Positions 34,415-44,867 of a stretch of 64,000 bases of DNA are shown in pieces. A program made the position numbers and the translations under genes. The stretch is from an uncultured Acidimicrobiia bacterium (GTDB taxonomy: Bacteria; Actinomycetota; Acidimicrobiia; Acidimicrobiales; AC-14): NCBI GenBank assembly GCA_963836205.1, contig CAWIIV010000007.1:1-64000 (forward strand). Reading direction: 5' to 3'. A model generated the notes under the pieces. The model had not been told where the DNA came from and ran no database searches. It was given only the letters and a program-made list of their open reading frames with translations. Positions within the stretch are counted from its first letter, which is position 1; each line of letters begins with the position of its first letter.

Positions 34415-35145
34415 GGCACCAGGCTGCGGTGAAGGACGGCCAGGTTGGACGGCTCCTCCCGGAAGCCGATGCGGACGTAGAGGGCCAGGGCGGCATCGTT
34501 GCCGAACTGGGTGTTGACCACCGCCCGCTGGACGCCCCGTCGCCGCAGCCAGCGCAGGCCGTCGAGGGCCAGGGCCCGGCCCACGCCCGTGCGCCGGGCG
34601 CCGACGGCCACCGCCAGCCGCTGGAGGTAGCCCTGGTCACCGGCCCGGCCGGTGATGGCGTAGCCCGCGATCCACCGGCCCCCTCCGCCGGTGGCGACCC
34701 GGAATCGGGTGGACGGGGTGGCGGTGAGGGCCTCCTCCAGCCCGGCCCGATCGAGCCGCCAGAAGGGGCTGAAGGAGCCGGCGTCGACGTCGAGGATCGT
34801 GTCGTAGTCGGCCGGGGCCGCCTTGCGCAGGTGGTGGGGGCCGACCGCGGGCCGGTAGGGAACGCCGACCAGGTCGTGGCCCAGGAAGCGGAGGTGCTCG
34901 TGGGGAAGGAACCCGACCGCGAGGAACGGGCGCTGCTCGCTGCCGGCCAGGGCCGAGGTGATGACCTGGGTGTAGCCCCGGTCGGCGAGCTGGTCGAGGC
35001 ATCGGAGGAGGAAGTCGGCCGAGGGCGGCGGATCGTAGGGGAGGGGGGCGAGGTAGGCCACGTGACCGTCGCCGCGCCACGGGCCGGCGCGGGCCCGCTC
35101 CCGGCCCCATTCCAGGACCTCGGTCGTGACGGTCATCGGTGCCAT
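34411..35145 (-). CDS. GNAT N-acetyltransferase
   Basis: YLQRLAV...RRTGVGRAL, VNTQ..NDAALALY..IGF. Confidence 0.88.
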   Translation of the reverse strand: MAPMTVTTEVLEWGRERARAGPWRGDGHVAYLAPLPYDPPPSADFLLRCLDQLADRGYTQVITSALAGSEQRPFLAVGFLPHEHLRFLGHDLVGVPYRPAVGPHHLRKAAPADYDTILDVDAGSFSPFWRLDRAGLEEALTATPSTRFRVATGGGGRWIAGYAITGRAGDQGYLQRLAVAVGARRTGVGRALALDGLRWLRRRGVQRAVVNTQFGNDAALALYVRIGFREEPSNLAVLHRSLVP

Positions 35146-35293
35146 CGAGGATACCGGCGGGCGACCGGAGAGCATCGGTCGCCGCCGATCGCCGCCCCCG
35201 CCCACCCCCCCTTTGGGTGTGCAGTCGTGTCGGTATATCCACCACAACCGCACAACCAACCGTGCGAACGGAGTTCCCGGAGACGGCGGTCGG

Positions 35294-35299
35294 TAGCGT
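35294..35299 (+). promoter_or_regulatory. Putative -10 box (TAGCGT) of a leaderless transcript starting at ATG 35307
   Basis: TANNNT 7 nt upstream of ATG, no SD. Confidence 0.5.
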
Positions 35300-35309
35300 T
35301 GTCGCCATG

Positions 35310-37267
35310 TTGCGTCCTGAGAACTGGACCAGACCAGCGGGTGCGAGTCCCGCCCGGGTAATCGCCGGAGAGCCCGGTAGCAGGCCCCGGTTCGTCGCCG
35401 AGAGGCGGCGGGCTGAGCGGGGCGTCAAGAGCCTCTTTGGAGGGAGCAAGCGTGCGGGCCGTAGTGCCACCAGGCGCGAGTCCTGCAGCCTCGTCAAACG
35501 CACAACGGGGGAGCCGAGCCGCTCATGTCACGGCGAAGGCCACGTCCGACCGACTGGCGTTCCGGACACGCCCCTGGTCGGGTCCCCTCGGGGTACGGGG
35601 AGCGGCACGTACGCACGGTCAGGTTCGGAACAGGAGAGACCCGTCTGCGCAGCCTCGTCAGCAAAGACCGCTCGTATAAGCCAGTGGTGAAATCGAGCGG
35701 AGCGCAGCGGGAGTCCGACGGGGTCGTAGTACCGCTGATCGCCGGGATGAACCCGGCGGGAGGGAAGGGCCCCGACTTCGGTCACGCCGGAGACGGAAGT
35801 AAGCGCCAGGGCATGGCCGGGAACGCCCGGCCCAACTCCCCCGGCGGGCAGCCGCCCACCGACAACGTGCGAAAACTCCAGAACCGGCTATGGGCTGCGG
35901 CCAAGCAGTCTCCGGGTCGCCGCTTCCACGCCCTGTTCGACCGAATCCACCGCAGTGACGTGCTGTGGACGGCGTGGGAGCGGGTGCGAGCCAATCGTGG
36001 CGCCGCCGGGGTCGATCGACTGACCCTGGAGGCGGTGGAGGACTACGGGGTCGGGCGCGTGCTCGACGAGCTTTCCCGTGACCTCCGTGCAGGCACCTAC
36101 CGCCCGTCGCCTGTTCGGCGGGTGGAGATCCCCAAGCCCGACGGCCGGATGCGGCCCCTGGGCATCCCCACCGTGCGCGACCGGGTGTGCCAGGCGGCAG
36201 CCAAGATCGTCCTCGAACCCATCTTCGAGGCCGACTTCCTGCCGACCGAGCTTCGGTTTCCGACCGAAGCGCTCGGCCACCGACGCCCTGGAAGCCATCC
36301 GGGTGTCCTTCCCCCGAGGACGGCAGTTCGTCTTCGAGGCCGACATCCGCGACTTCTTCGGCCAGATCGACCACGACAGGCTGCTGTCACTGGTCGGCGA
36401 GCGCGTGTCGGACCGGCGGGTGCTCAAGCTCATCCGCCAGTGGCTGCGTGCCGGGGTGCTGGTCGAGGGGGTGCGCTCCGAGACGGTCACGGGCACGCCC
36501 CAGGGCGGGGTCATCTCCCCGCTGCTGGCCAACATCTACCTGCACGCCTTCGACCGGTCCTGGGCCGAGTCCGGCACCGGCGAGCTCGTCCGTTACGCGG
36601 ACGACTTCGTGGTGCTGTGCACGACCCGCAGCCAGGCCGAGACGGCCCAGGCCAGGGCGGCGGCCCTGCTGGGTGATCTCGGCCTGAGCCTGCACCCGGA
36701 CAAGACCCGTGTGGTCGACCTCCGGGAGGGCAAGGAGGGCTTCGACTTCCTGGGTTGTCATCTTCACGCCCGCATGTCGGGCCGGTTGTGGGAACAGCAG
36801 CGGGTCATCCGCTACTACCTCCACCGCTGGCCGTCGCAGCGGTCGATGAAGCGGGCACGACAGCGGGTCAAGGCCCTCACCGGCCGGAACCGGGTCGGCA
36901 TGGAGTTGGAGGACGTGATCTACGACCTCAACCTGTTCCTGCGGGGGTGGGGCAACTACTTCCGCACCGGCAACGCGGCGAATAAGTTCGTCTCCCTCGA
37001 CCGACACGTCGTGTGGCGGCTCAAGCGCTTGCTCATCAAGAAGCGGGGCCGCAACCTACGGGCAGGCCAGGCAGACTGCTGGACCCGCACCTGGTTCCAC
37101 GGCCAGGGCCTGCATCAGCTCATGGGCACCATTCGCTACCCGAAGGCGTCGTAACCATGTCCAGAAGATCGTCGGAAAGCCGTATGCGGGAAAACCGCAC
37201 GTACGGATTGAAAGGGGGATGGGGAAACGTGCTGGCCTTGCCGGCAACGCGCCCCTGACTACCAATG
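35310..37267 (+). mobile_element. Group II intron inserted directly after the ATG of the HDAC-family gene
   Basis: 5' TTGCG; DI closing TCCTG(35315)/CAGGA(35631); DII; J2/3 CGA 35716; DIII 35719-35774; RT ORF; DV AAGCCGTATGCGGGAAAACCGCACGTACGGATT 37177-37209; DVI ending ACCAATG. Confidence 0.92.
35813..37154 (+). CDS. ltrA: Group II intron reverse transcriptase/maturase, no endonuclease domain; frameshift near 36248
   Basis: GAAGVD, RPLGIPTVRDR, SFGFRP, GTPQGGVISPLLANIYL, RYADDF, GFDFLG, LRGWGNYF. Confidence 0.95.
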
Positions 37268-38266
37268 GCTGTGCTGGTCGAGAGCTCGCCGGCGTGCAAG
37301 GGGCACCGTCCCGGCGGGGGCCATCCGGAGCGTCCCGAGCGGCTCGACGCGGTGCTCGCCGGCGTGCGTTCGTCGCCGGTGGCGGACGCGGTGGTGTGGG
37401 CCGAGCCCCGGGTGGCCACGTTCGACGAACTGGCCCGGGTGCACCGGCCGGCCCTGGTCCAGGGCCTCGAGCGGTTCGTGGCCGGCGGTGGGGGATGGAT
37501 CGACCCCGACACCGCCGCCTTTCCCGGCTCCTGGGACGCCGCCCTGCGGGCCGCCGGCTCCGGCCTCGACGCTGTCGAGCGTCTCGAACGGGGGGAGGCC
37601 GACGCCGCCTTCTGCGTGGTCCGGCCACCCGGCCACCACGCCACCCCCACCGAGCCAATGGGGTTCTGCCTGTTCAACAACGTGGCCGTGTGCGCGGCCG
37701 CCCTGGCCGAGCGCGGCGAGCGGGTGGCGATCCTCGACTGGGACGTCCATCACGGAAACGGCACCCAGGACGCCTTCTACGCCGACGGCCGCATCCTCTA
37801 CGTGTCCACCCACCAGTCGCCCTTCTATCCCGGCACCGGTCGCTTGACCGAGACGGGCACGGGTGACGGGGAGGGACTCACCGTCAACCTCCCCTTCCCG
37901 GCGGGGACGACGGGCGACGCCTACCGGGCCGCCTTCGACGAGGTCGTCGGGCCGGTGGCCGAGCGCTTCGCCCCCACGTGGGTGCTCATCTCCCTCGGCT
38001 TCGACGCCCACCGGGCCGATCCGCTGGCTTCGCTGGCCCTCTCCTCCGGTGACTACGGGTGGCTCGTCGCCCGATCCGTCGCGGTGGCGCCCGCCGCCGG
38101 CCGCACCATCGCCTTCCTGGAGGGCGGCTACGACCTCGACGCCCTCACCGCGTCGGCCGCGGCCTCGGTGTCGGCCCTCGACGGTGTCGTCCACGACCCG
38201 GAGGCACCCACCACCGGCGGTCCCGGGCGCGACGTGGTCGCCGCCGCCCGCCGGCTACATACCTGA
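37265..38266 (+). CDS. Histone deacetylase family (AcuC/AphA-like) protein; original ATG at 35307-35309 lies upstream of the intron
   Basis: [46 protein letters not shown]. Confidence 0.95.
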   Translation: MAVLVESSPACKGHRPGGGHPERPERLDAVLAGVRSSPVADAVVWAEPRVATFDELARVHRPALVQGLERFVAGGGGWIDPDTAAFPGSWDAALRAAGSGLDAVERLERGEADAAFCVVRPPGHHATPTEPMGFCLFNNVAVCAAALAERGERVAILDWDVHHGNGTQDAFYADGRILYVSTHQSPFYPGTGRLTETGTGDGEGLTVNLPFPAGTTGDAYRAAFDEVVGPVAERFAPTWVLISLGFDAHRADPLASLALSSGDYGWLVARSVAVAPAAGRTIAFLEGGYDLDALTASAAASVSALDGVVHDPEAPTTGGPGRDVVAAARRLHT

Positions 38267-38319
38267 GAGCGGCATACCCGAGAGCAGCCGGGGGCCGGGC
38301 CGGTACCGTCGTTGTCACC

Positions 38320-39711
38320 ATGGTCCCCGAGCGGCTGCAGCCGCTTCTCGACGACACCGCTCCCCTCGCCGAGCGCTTCGCGGCCGCCGGTCACCGCCTG
38401 TACCTGGTCGGCGGCAGCGTCCGCGATGCCATCCTCGGCCGCCCGTTCACCCAGGACTTCGACTTCACCACCGACGCCCGGCCCGACGCCATCGAGGCCA
38501 TGCTCCGGGGCTGGGCCGACTCCATCTGGGACCAGGGCCGGCGCTTCGGCACCATCGGCGCCAACAAGGACGGGGTCGTCTACGAGATCACCACCCACCG
38601 GGCCGAGGCCTACTCCCCCGACTCCCGCAAGCCGGAGGTGGCGTTCGCCGACGCGGTCGAAGCCGACCTCGCCCGGCGCGACTTCACGGTCAACGCCATG
38701 GCGCTGGAGCTGGGGGCGGGCGGCCGGGCCGAGCTCATCGACCCCTTCGGGGGACTGGGCGACCTCGCCGGCCACCGCCTGCGCACGCCATTGTCGCCGG
38801 AGGAGTCGTTCACCGACGATCCCCTGCGCATGCTTCGGGCGGCCCGGTTCATCGCCGGCTACGGCCTGGCGCCCGCGCCCGAGCTGGTCGACGCCGTCCG
38901 CCGCTTCCGGGGCCGCATGGAGATCGTGTCCCCCGAGCGCATCCGGGGCGAGCTCGACAAGCTCATGGTGGTCGACGAGCCGGGTGAGGGCCTGTGGTTC
39001 CTGGTCAACACCGGCCTGTCCGACGAGTTCATGCCCGAGCTGCGGGCCCTGTCCCTGGAGCAGGACCCCATCCACCGCCACAAGGACGTGCTGGCCCACA
39101 CGATCGCCGTGGTCGAGAAGACCAGCCCCGACAAGATCCTGCGCCTGGCCGCCCTCCTGCACGACATCGGCAAGCCCAAGACCCGCTCCATCGGTCCGGA
39201 GGGCGTGTCCTTCCACCACCACGAGGTGGTCGGGGCCCGTATGGCCGACACCCGGCTGCGGGCCCTGCGCTACCCGATGGACGAGATCGCCGACATCACC
39301 CGGCTGGTCGAGCTCCACCTGCGCTTCCACGGTTTCGGCACCGGCTGGAGCGACAGCGCGGTGCGCCGCTACGCCCGCGACGCGGGACCGCTGCTGGAGA
39401 AGCTGAACGAGCTCACCCGTTGCGATTGCACCACCCGCAACAAGCGCCGGGCGGAGGAGCTGGCCCGGCGGATGGACGTGCTGGAGGAGCGCATCGCCTA
39501 CCTGCGGGAGCAGGAGGAGCTCGACGCCATCCGCCCCGACCTCGACGGCAACCAGATCATGGAGCACCTCGGCATCGGCCCCAGCCGCGACGTGGGCCGG
39601 GCCCGCGACTTCCTCCTCGAGCTGCGCCTGGAGGAAGGCCCCCTCGGCGAGGACGAGGCCCGCCGCCGCCTCGACGCGTGGTGGAAGTCCCAGCCCGCTA
39701 CGAACCGGTGA
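38320..39711 (+). CDS. cca: CCA tRNA nucleotidyltransferase with HD domain
   Basis: LVGGSVRD, DFDFTT, RRDFTVNAMA, DDPLRMLRAARF, LLHDIGKP. Confidence 0.95.
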   Translation: MVPERLQPLLDDTAPLAERFAAAGHRLYLVGGSVRDAILGRPFTQDFDFTTDARPDAIEAMLRGWADSIWDQGRRFGTIGANKDGVVYEITTHRAEAYSPDSRKPEVAFADAVEADLARRDFTVNAMALELGAGGRAELIDPFGGLGDLAGHRLRTPLSPEESFTDDPLRMLRAARFIAGYGLAPAPELVDAVRRFRGRMEIVSPERIRGELDKLMVVDEPGEGLWFLVNTGLSDEFMPELRALSLEQDPIHRHKDVLAHTIAVVEKTSPDKILRLAALLHDIGKPKTRSIGPEGVSFHHHEVVGARMADTRLRALRYPMDEIADITRLVELHLRFHGFGTGWSDSAVRRYARDAGPLLEKLNELTRCDCTTRNKRRAEELARRMDVLEERIAYLREQEELDAIRPDLDGNQIMEHLGIGPSRDVGRARDFLLELRLEEGPLGEDEARRRLDAWWKSQPATNR

Positions 39712-40038
39712 CACCGAGGGCCATCGCCCGAGCGAACCGGTGACGTTTCGGCCGTCCAGCGACCTTTTGCGTCCCCAGTTGGGCCTGAACACCGGCGTCC
39801 CCTCGGCTCCAACACCCCTTCGCCGTCCTCGGCACCTCACCAGCGCCGCGGCCCCGTGTAGTTGCCCGCAAACCATCGGCGCGCTCGGAGATCCGCAAAC
39901 TCCTGGCTGCGTCACGGCAGGAGGCGCAAATCGAAGGTTGCGTGTCGCGAGGCCTCGCCCCCACACAAGTCGTGCCGGGGCTCGGGCTCCTCCGCGGTCC
40001 TGCTGTGCGGACCCCCGGGCCGGTGGCATCATCGGGGC

Positions 40039-41187
40039 TTGTCCGCCGCGCCCCGCCTCGCCGACCTGAGCTCCGACACGCCAGGCGTCCTTCCCAGCCA
40101 GTTGCTGGCGGAGGCGGTCGACGCCGGCTACCTCGACGCCGGTGAGCTCCGCATCTCCCGGGAGAGCATCCAGCCGGCGAGCCTCGACCTGCGTCTCGGG
40201 GAGAGCGCCTTCCGGATCCGGTGCAGTTTCCTGCCCGGGGCGGACACGGTCGAGCGCAAGGTCAAGGACTACGTCTTCGACGAGCTCGATCTCCGGCGGG
40301 ACGGAGCAGTCCTCGAGACCAACCGGCCGTACCTCATCCCCCTGGCGGAACGGCTCGACCTCCCACCGCACATCCGGGGCAAGGCCAACCCCAAGAGCTC
40401 GACCGGCCGGGTCGACGTCTTCACCCGGGTGATCACCGACCACGGCCACCGCTTCGACGAGATCGCCCCCGGCTACAAGGGCCCGCTCTACCTGGAGGTC
40501 GTGCCCCTCTCGTTCCCCATCCGGGTGAAGCAGCACCTGTCCCTCAACCAACTCCGCCTCATGGTCGGCCGCTCGACGCTCACCGACGAAGAACTGGCCG
40601 CCCGCCACCACGCCGAGCCCATCCTCTTCCGCGGTGGCCGCCCGACCCCGAGAGAGGACTTCGAGACCGCCAACGGGCTGTTCCTCAGCCTCGACCTCGA
40701 GGGCGACAAGGGCCAGCAGGTCGGGCATCGGGCGAGGAGCAACGCCGATCTGCTCGACATGTCCGGCATCGGCGCCCACCAGGTGGAGGACTACTGGGAG
40801 CCGGTGCGAAGTGAGGAGGGGGCCCGCCTCGTCCTCCAGCCGGAGCGCTTCTACCTGCTGCTTTCCGACGAGAGCGTGATGGTGCCGCCCGACCTGGCCG
40901 CGGAGATGACGGCCTACGACCCCACCAGCGGCGAACTGCGCACCCACTACGCAGGGTTCTTCGACCCCGGCTTCGGCTACGACCCCGCCGCCGGCCTCAA
41001 GGGCTCACGGGCGGCCCTGGAGGTGCGGGCCCACGACGTCCCGTTCATGATCGAGCACCGCCAAAAGGTGTGCAAGCTCACGTTCGAGAAGATGATCGCC
41101 CCCCCGGCCAAGCTCTACGGCTCCGGCATCGGCTCCAACTACCAGGGCCAGATGGAGACCCTCGGCAAGCACTTCCGCCGGGACTGA
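40039..41187 (+). CDS. dcd: dCTP deaminase (long two-domain form)
   Basis: IQPASLDLRLG, ANPKSSTGRVDVF, HYAGFFDPGFG, LEVR, SNYQGQ; start uncertain. Confidence 0.88.
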   Translation: MSAAPRLADLSSDTPGVLPSQLLAEAVDAGYLDAGELRISRESIQPASLDLRLGESAFRIRCSFLPGADTVERKVKDYVFDELDLRRDGAVLETNRPYLIPLAERLDLPPHIRGKANPKSSTGRVDVFTRVITDHGHRFDEIAPGYKGPLYLEVVPLSFPIRVKQHLSLNQLRLMVGRSTLTDEELAARHHAEPILFRGGRPTPREDFETANGLFLSLDLEGDKGQQVGHRARSNADLLDMSGIGAHQVEDYWEPVRSEEGARLVLQPERFYLLLSDESVMVPPDLAAEMTAYDPTSGELRTHYAGFFDPGFGYDPAAGLKGSRAALEVRAHDVPFMIEHRQKVCKLTFEKMIAPPAKLYGSGIGSNYQGQMETLGKHFRRD

Positions 41188-41364
41188 CTCCGCCTGGCCG
41201 CCCGCGTCAGCGGGCGACGACCAAGGCAGCCACCTCGGCCGGGTCGACCAATCGAACCCGTGGTCACGCTCGGAGGTGGTCTCTCGGTGACGGATGGCCA
41301 GGAAGATCGCCGCACCCGGAACGCCCGTCAGCCGGACGGCCTCCGTGACCTTCACCCGGTCGTG

Positions 41365-42075
41365 TCAGATCCCCTCTTTGCGGGCGCGGATCACGAGCGT
41401 GCGGGGGACCCAGCGGGCGGCTTCGTCCCAGAAGGGGCTGCGGTTGCCTTCGACCGACGGCTCGGGCTCGAGGACGATGTCGACCCGGAACTTGGCCCGG
41501 CTGAGGCCGGTGAACAGGTCGGACACGGTGTGGTGGAAGCCGTCGGCCAGCGGCGTGTGGTCGAAGTACGACCGCCGGATCACCAACGCCTGGCCGTGGT
41601 GGTCGATGAGGTCGTAGACGGGATGGGGGAGGGAGAACACGAACGGCGCCCCCTCCTTGAGCACCCGGTGGACCTGGCGGAAGACCCGGTTGAGGTCCTC
41701 CACGAAGCCCAAGGCGTAGGCGGAGAACACCAGGTCGACGCTGTCGCCCCGCATGAAGGCGAGGTCGGCCAGATCGCCTTGATGGAGCTCGACCCGCACA
41801 CTCTCGGCGTCGGCCAGGCGCTTGGCCGCCGCCAGCTGGGGGGCGGCGAAGTCGAGGCCGATGGTGTGGGCGCCCTTCTTGGCCAGGCACACGAGGGACT
41901 GGCCGGCGCCGCAGCCCAGCTCCAGCACCCGCTTGCCCTCCAGGTTCCCGAGCAGCCGCAGCTCCGACTCGGTGACCACGTCGGGCCCGTACTGGACGTC
42001 GGCCACCGGGCCGAGCGACTTGGTGGTGTCACCGGGCGGGAGGCGTTTCCACCCGACCAGGGCGTCGTTGGCCAT
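41365..42075 (-). CDS. Class I SAM-dependent methyltransferase
   Basis: VLELGCGAG, VHRVLKEG..FVFS..HP. Confidence 0.9.
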   Translation of the reverse strand: MANDALVGWKRLPPGDTTKSLGPVADVQYGPDVVTESELRLLGNLEGKRVLELGCGAGQSLVCLAKKGAHTIGLDFAAPQLAAAKRLADAESVRVELHQGDLADLAFMRGDSVDLVFSAYALGFVEDLNRVFRQVHRVLKEGAPFVFSLPHPVYDLIDHHGQALVIRRSYFDHTPLADGFHHTVSDLFTGLSRAKFRVDIVLEPEPSVEGNRSPFWDEAARWVPRTLVIRARKEGI

Positions 42076-42134
42076 AAGCGGCCATTGTGGCCGACCCGCG
42101 GGGTGCGGTCGGGGACACCCCCCTCGGCCCTCGC

Positions 42135-42662
42135 CTATTCCTGGGCGGCGGTCTCCAGCCCCAACTCGACCCAGCGGCGCACTTCGGGATCGGGATCGTC
42201 GGCCGCGATCCGCAGGACCTTGCGGATGGGCTCGTCGTCGGGCGAGGACGATACGACCATCGCCAGGTGGTAGGCGCCCATGCGCCGCAGCGGCGGCGTG
42301 CGCAAGAGGAGGTTGCACGCCGCGCCCACCGTCAGCCCCGCCTCGTGGGCCGCCACCGCCAAGGTGTCGACCACCCCGTCGTCGACCTCCTCGGCGCCGA
42401 CCGCGATGAGGCTGTCGCAGACGGTCTGGGCCAGCGCCCGGTGGGCGTGGCCCAACCGGCCGAGGATCCGGGCCGCAGCCGCCCGCCGCACCGAGTCGGA
42501 GTCGCCCAAGAGCGGCAGGACCGCGTCGAACGCGTCCCATTCGTGGGCGGCGATGGTCGTGGCCTGCTCGACGAAGGCCGCGGCCAGGGCGGGGTCGTCG
42601 GGATCGAGCTCGGCCGCCCGCCGGGCCTCGACTGCGGCCGTCACCTGCTCTGCGAGGGACAC
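42135..42662 (-). CDS. HEAT-repeat-like hypothetical protein
   Basis: LLGDSDSVRRAAAARILG, AADDPDPEVRRW. Confidence 0.65.
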   Translation of the reverse strand: MSLAEQVTAAVEARRAAELDPDDPALAAAFVEQATTIAAHEWDAFDAVLPLLGDSDSVRRAAAARILGRLGHAHRALAQTVCDSLIAVGAEEVDDGVVDTLAVAAHEAGLTVGAACNLLLRTPPLRRMGAYHLAMVVSSSPDDEPIRKVLRIAADDPDPEVRRWVELGLETAAQE

Positions 42663-42690
42663 GATCCGCCCATACTGCCGCAGCCGCAGG

Positions 42691-43749
42691 TCAACCGTCC
42701 CCGTCGGCCTGGACGAACTGGCCCTGGACCAGCGCCGCGGTCGACTCCCGCTCGCCATCGACCACCACGTCGGAGAACGCCAACGGCAACCCGAACCCTT
42801 CCAGCGCCGTCGGCGAATCCTGCAGGTGGACGTGCAGGTGTGGCTCGGAGGAGTTCCCCGAGCTCCCGCACAGCCCGAGTGGCTGCCCCGCCTCCACCCG
42901 ATCGCCGGCCTTGACGGCCACGCTGCCCTCCTGGAAGTGGGCGAGGAGCACGTACTCGCCGTGGCCGACGTCGAGCAGCACATGGTTGCCGGCGGGGTCA
43001 GTGGTGTTGACGCCGCCCGTGAGGGGCTGGTTGTCGGCGATGCCGTCGACCGCGGCCACCACCTGGCCCGCGGCCGGGGCGACCACGGGCTGGCCCCACG
43101 CCCAGTAGTCGGTGTTGGCGGCTCCCGTGCCGGCGTGGGTCGCACCATCGCGCCACACCGCCAGGTCGTAGGCGTGGCGCTGGTCCGGCGCCCGAACGTG
43201 GTGGTTGGTGCGGTCGCTGTCCCCTCCCCAGAAGGTGAACCACTCGCCTTCGACCGGCAGCCGCAGCTGAGCCCGGACCTGGTAGCCGGCCCTGGGGTCC
43301 TCCGGTAGAGGGTCGAGCGCAGGCCGGATCTGGCCCGCGATGATCGAGTCCTCCTCGTCGAACACCATTCCGAACGACCAGCGGGCGTCGCCGACCTCGT
43401 GCTCGGCCGTGTAGACCCGGAACTCGGGACCCTGAATCAACGATCCCTCGTCGGTGCGGGCGCCGACGCCGCCCGCCCGCCGTAGCTCGGCGACGAGCTC
43501 GCGAACCTGGTCGGGGGGGAACTGGGCCGCCAGGTCGGGGCTGAACCGGGCCGCCACCGTGTCGGCGTCGCCGGCCTCGAGTCGGGCGACGACCTCGCGG
43601 CCGACCGCTTCCACCTCGCGCTGGGCGGACGCGTACTCGGCGGCGGCGGTCGCATCGGGGTCATCGCCCGACCCGCACCCGGCCGCCATCAAACCGACGA
43701 CCGCAGCCACGACGACCGGGAGCCCGAGCGTCCCGCGGGACAGGCGCAT
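42691..43749 (-). CDS. M23 family peptidase lipoprotein
   Basis: Lipobox MAAGC; HAYD, GNHV, LLAH, GNSSEPHLHVH. Confidence 0.88.
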   Translation of the reverse strand: MRLSRGTLGLPVVVAAVVGLMAAGCGSGDDPDATAAAEYASAQREVEAVGREVVARLEAGDADTVAARFSPDLAAQFPPDQVRELVAELRRAGGVGARTDEGSLIQGPEFRVYTAEHEVGDARWSFGMVFDEEDSIIAGQIRPALDPLPEDPRAGYQVRAQLRLPVEGEWFTFWGGDSDRTNHHVRAPDQRHAYDLAVWRDGATHAGTGAANTDYWAWGQPVVAPAAGQVVAAVDGIADNQPLTGGVNTTDPAGNHVLLDVGHGEYVLLAHFQEGSVAVKAGDRVEAGQPLGLCGSSGNSSEPHLHVHLQDSPTALEGFGLPLAFSDVVVDGERESTAALVQGQFVQADGDG

Positions 43750-43796
43750 CTCCTGGACCTACCCACCATCGTCGAGGCCGCCAACCTCATACCGGA

Positions 43797-44867
43797 TCAG
43801 CCGGCGATGAAGTCCTCGAGCATCTGACGGGCGACGTCGTCGTGGTACTGCACCGGCGGCGACTTCATGAAGTAGGCGGAGGCGGCCGGCAGGGGTCCGC
43901 CGATGCCCCGGTCGAGGGCGAGCTTGGCGCAGCGGACGGCGTCGATGATCACGCCGGCCGAGTTGGGGGAGTCCCACACCTCGAGCTTGAGCTCGATGTT
44001 CAACGGCACGTCGCCGAAGTTGCGTCCCTCCAGCCGGATGTAGGCCCACTTGCGGTCCTCCAGCCAGGCCACGTGGTCGGACGGGCCGATGTGGACGTCG
44101 TCGGCCGCGATCCCGTTGTCGAGCTGGCTGGTGACGGCCTGGGTCTTGGAGATCTTCTTCGACTCCAGCCGTTCCCGTTCGAGCATGTTCTTGAAGTCCA
44201 TGTTGCCGCCGACGTTGAGCTGGTAGGTGCGGTCGAGCACCAGGCCCCGGTCCTCGAACAGGCGGGCCAGTAGGCGGTGGACGATGGTGGCTCCCACCTG
44301 GCTCTTGATGTCGTCGCCCACGATGGGGATGCCGGCGGCCCGGAAGCGCTCGGCCCACTCGGGGTCGGACGAGATGAAGACGGGGATGGCGTTGACGAAG
44401 GCCACCCCCGCCTCCAGGCAGGCGTTGGCGTAGTAGCGCTGGGCGTCCTCCGAGCCGACCGGGAGGTACGACACCATGACGTCGGCCTGGGCGTCGCGGA
44501 GGGTCTGGGCCACGTCGACCGGCTCGTCGAGCGACTCCTCGATGGTCTGGCGGTAGTACTTGCCCAGCCCGTCGAGGGTGGGGCCCCGCTGCACCTCGAT
44601 GCCCAGCTCGCCGACCCCGGCGAAGCGGATGGTGTTGTTCTGGCCGGAGAAGATGGCCTTGCCCACGTCGAGGCCGACCTTGGCCGCGTCGACGTCGAAG
44701 GCGGCGACCACCTCGACGTCGTGGACGTGGTAGCCGCCGAGCACCACGTGCATGAGGCCGGGGACGGTCTCGGCCGGGTCGGCGTCGCGGTAGTACTCCA
44801 GGCCCTGCACCAGCGAGCTGGCGCAGTTGCCGACTCCCGCGATGGCCAACCGAATCTTCTTGGTCAC
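43797..44867 (-). CDS. ino1: myo-inositol-1-phosphate synthase
   Basis: [37 protein letters not shown]. Confidence 0.96.
   Translation of the reverse strand: MTKKIRLAIAGVGNCASSLVQGLEYYRDADPAETVPGLMHVVLGGYHVHDVEVVAAFDVDAAKVGLDVGKAIFSGQNNTIRFAGVGELGIEVQRGPTLDGLGKYYRQTIEESLDEPVDVAQTLRDAQADVMVSYLPVGSEDAQRYYANACLEAGVAFVNAIPVFISSDPEWAERFRAAGIPIVGDDIKSQVGATIVHRLLARLFEDRGLVLDRTYQLNVGGNMDFKNMLERERLESKKISKTQAVTSQLDNGIAADDVHIGPSDHVAWLEDRKWAYIRLEGRNFGDVPLNIELKLEVWDSPNSAGVIIDAVRCAKLALDRGIGGPLPAASAYFMKSPPVQYHDDVARQMLEDFIAG

Noticed and set aside
28013-34640. Very long ORFs (1086, 1034, 1092 aa) and similar shadow ORFs across the window
   Set aside because: Arg/Pro/Gly-rich off-frame or antisense read-throughs of real genes, expected at this GC content
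35262-35457. Canonical GTGCG motifs at 35262, 35341 and 35452 as the intron 5' end
   Set aside because: None is followed by the strand pairing with CAGGA at the DI base, none has an exon end matching the CAUG loop, and none restores ATG-GCT on splicing
41188-41355. HTH-like stub VKVTEAVRLTGVPGAAIFLAIR on the minus strand
   Set aside because: Too short and runs antisense into dcd; insufficient support
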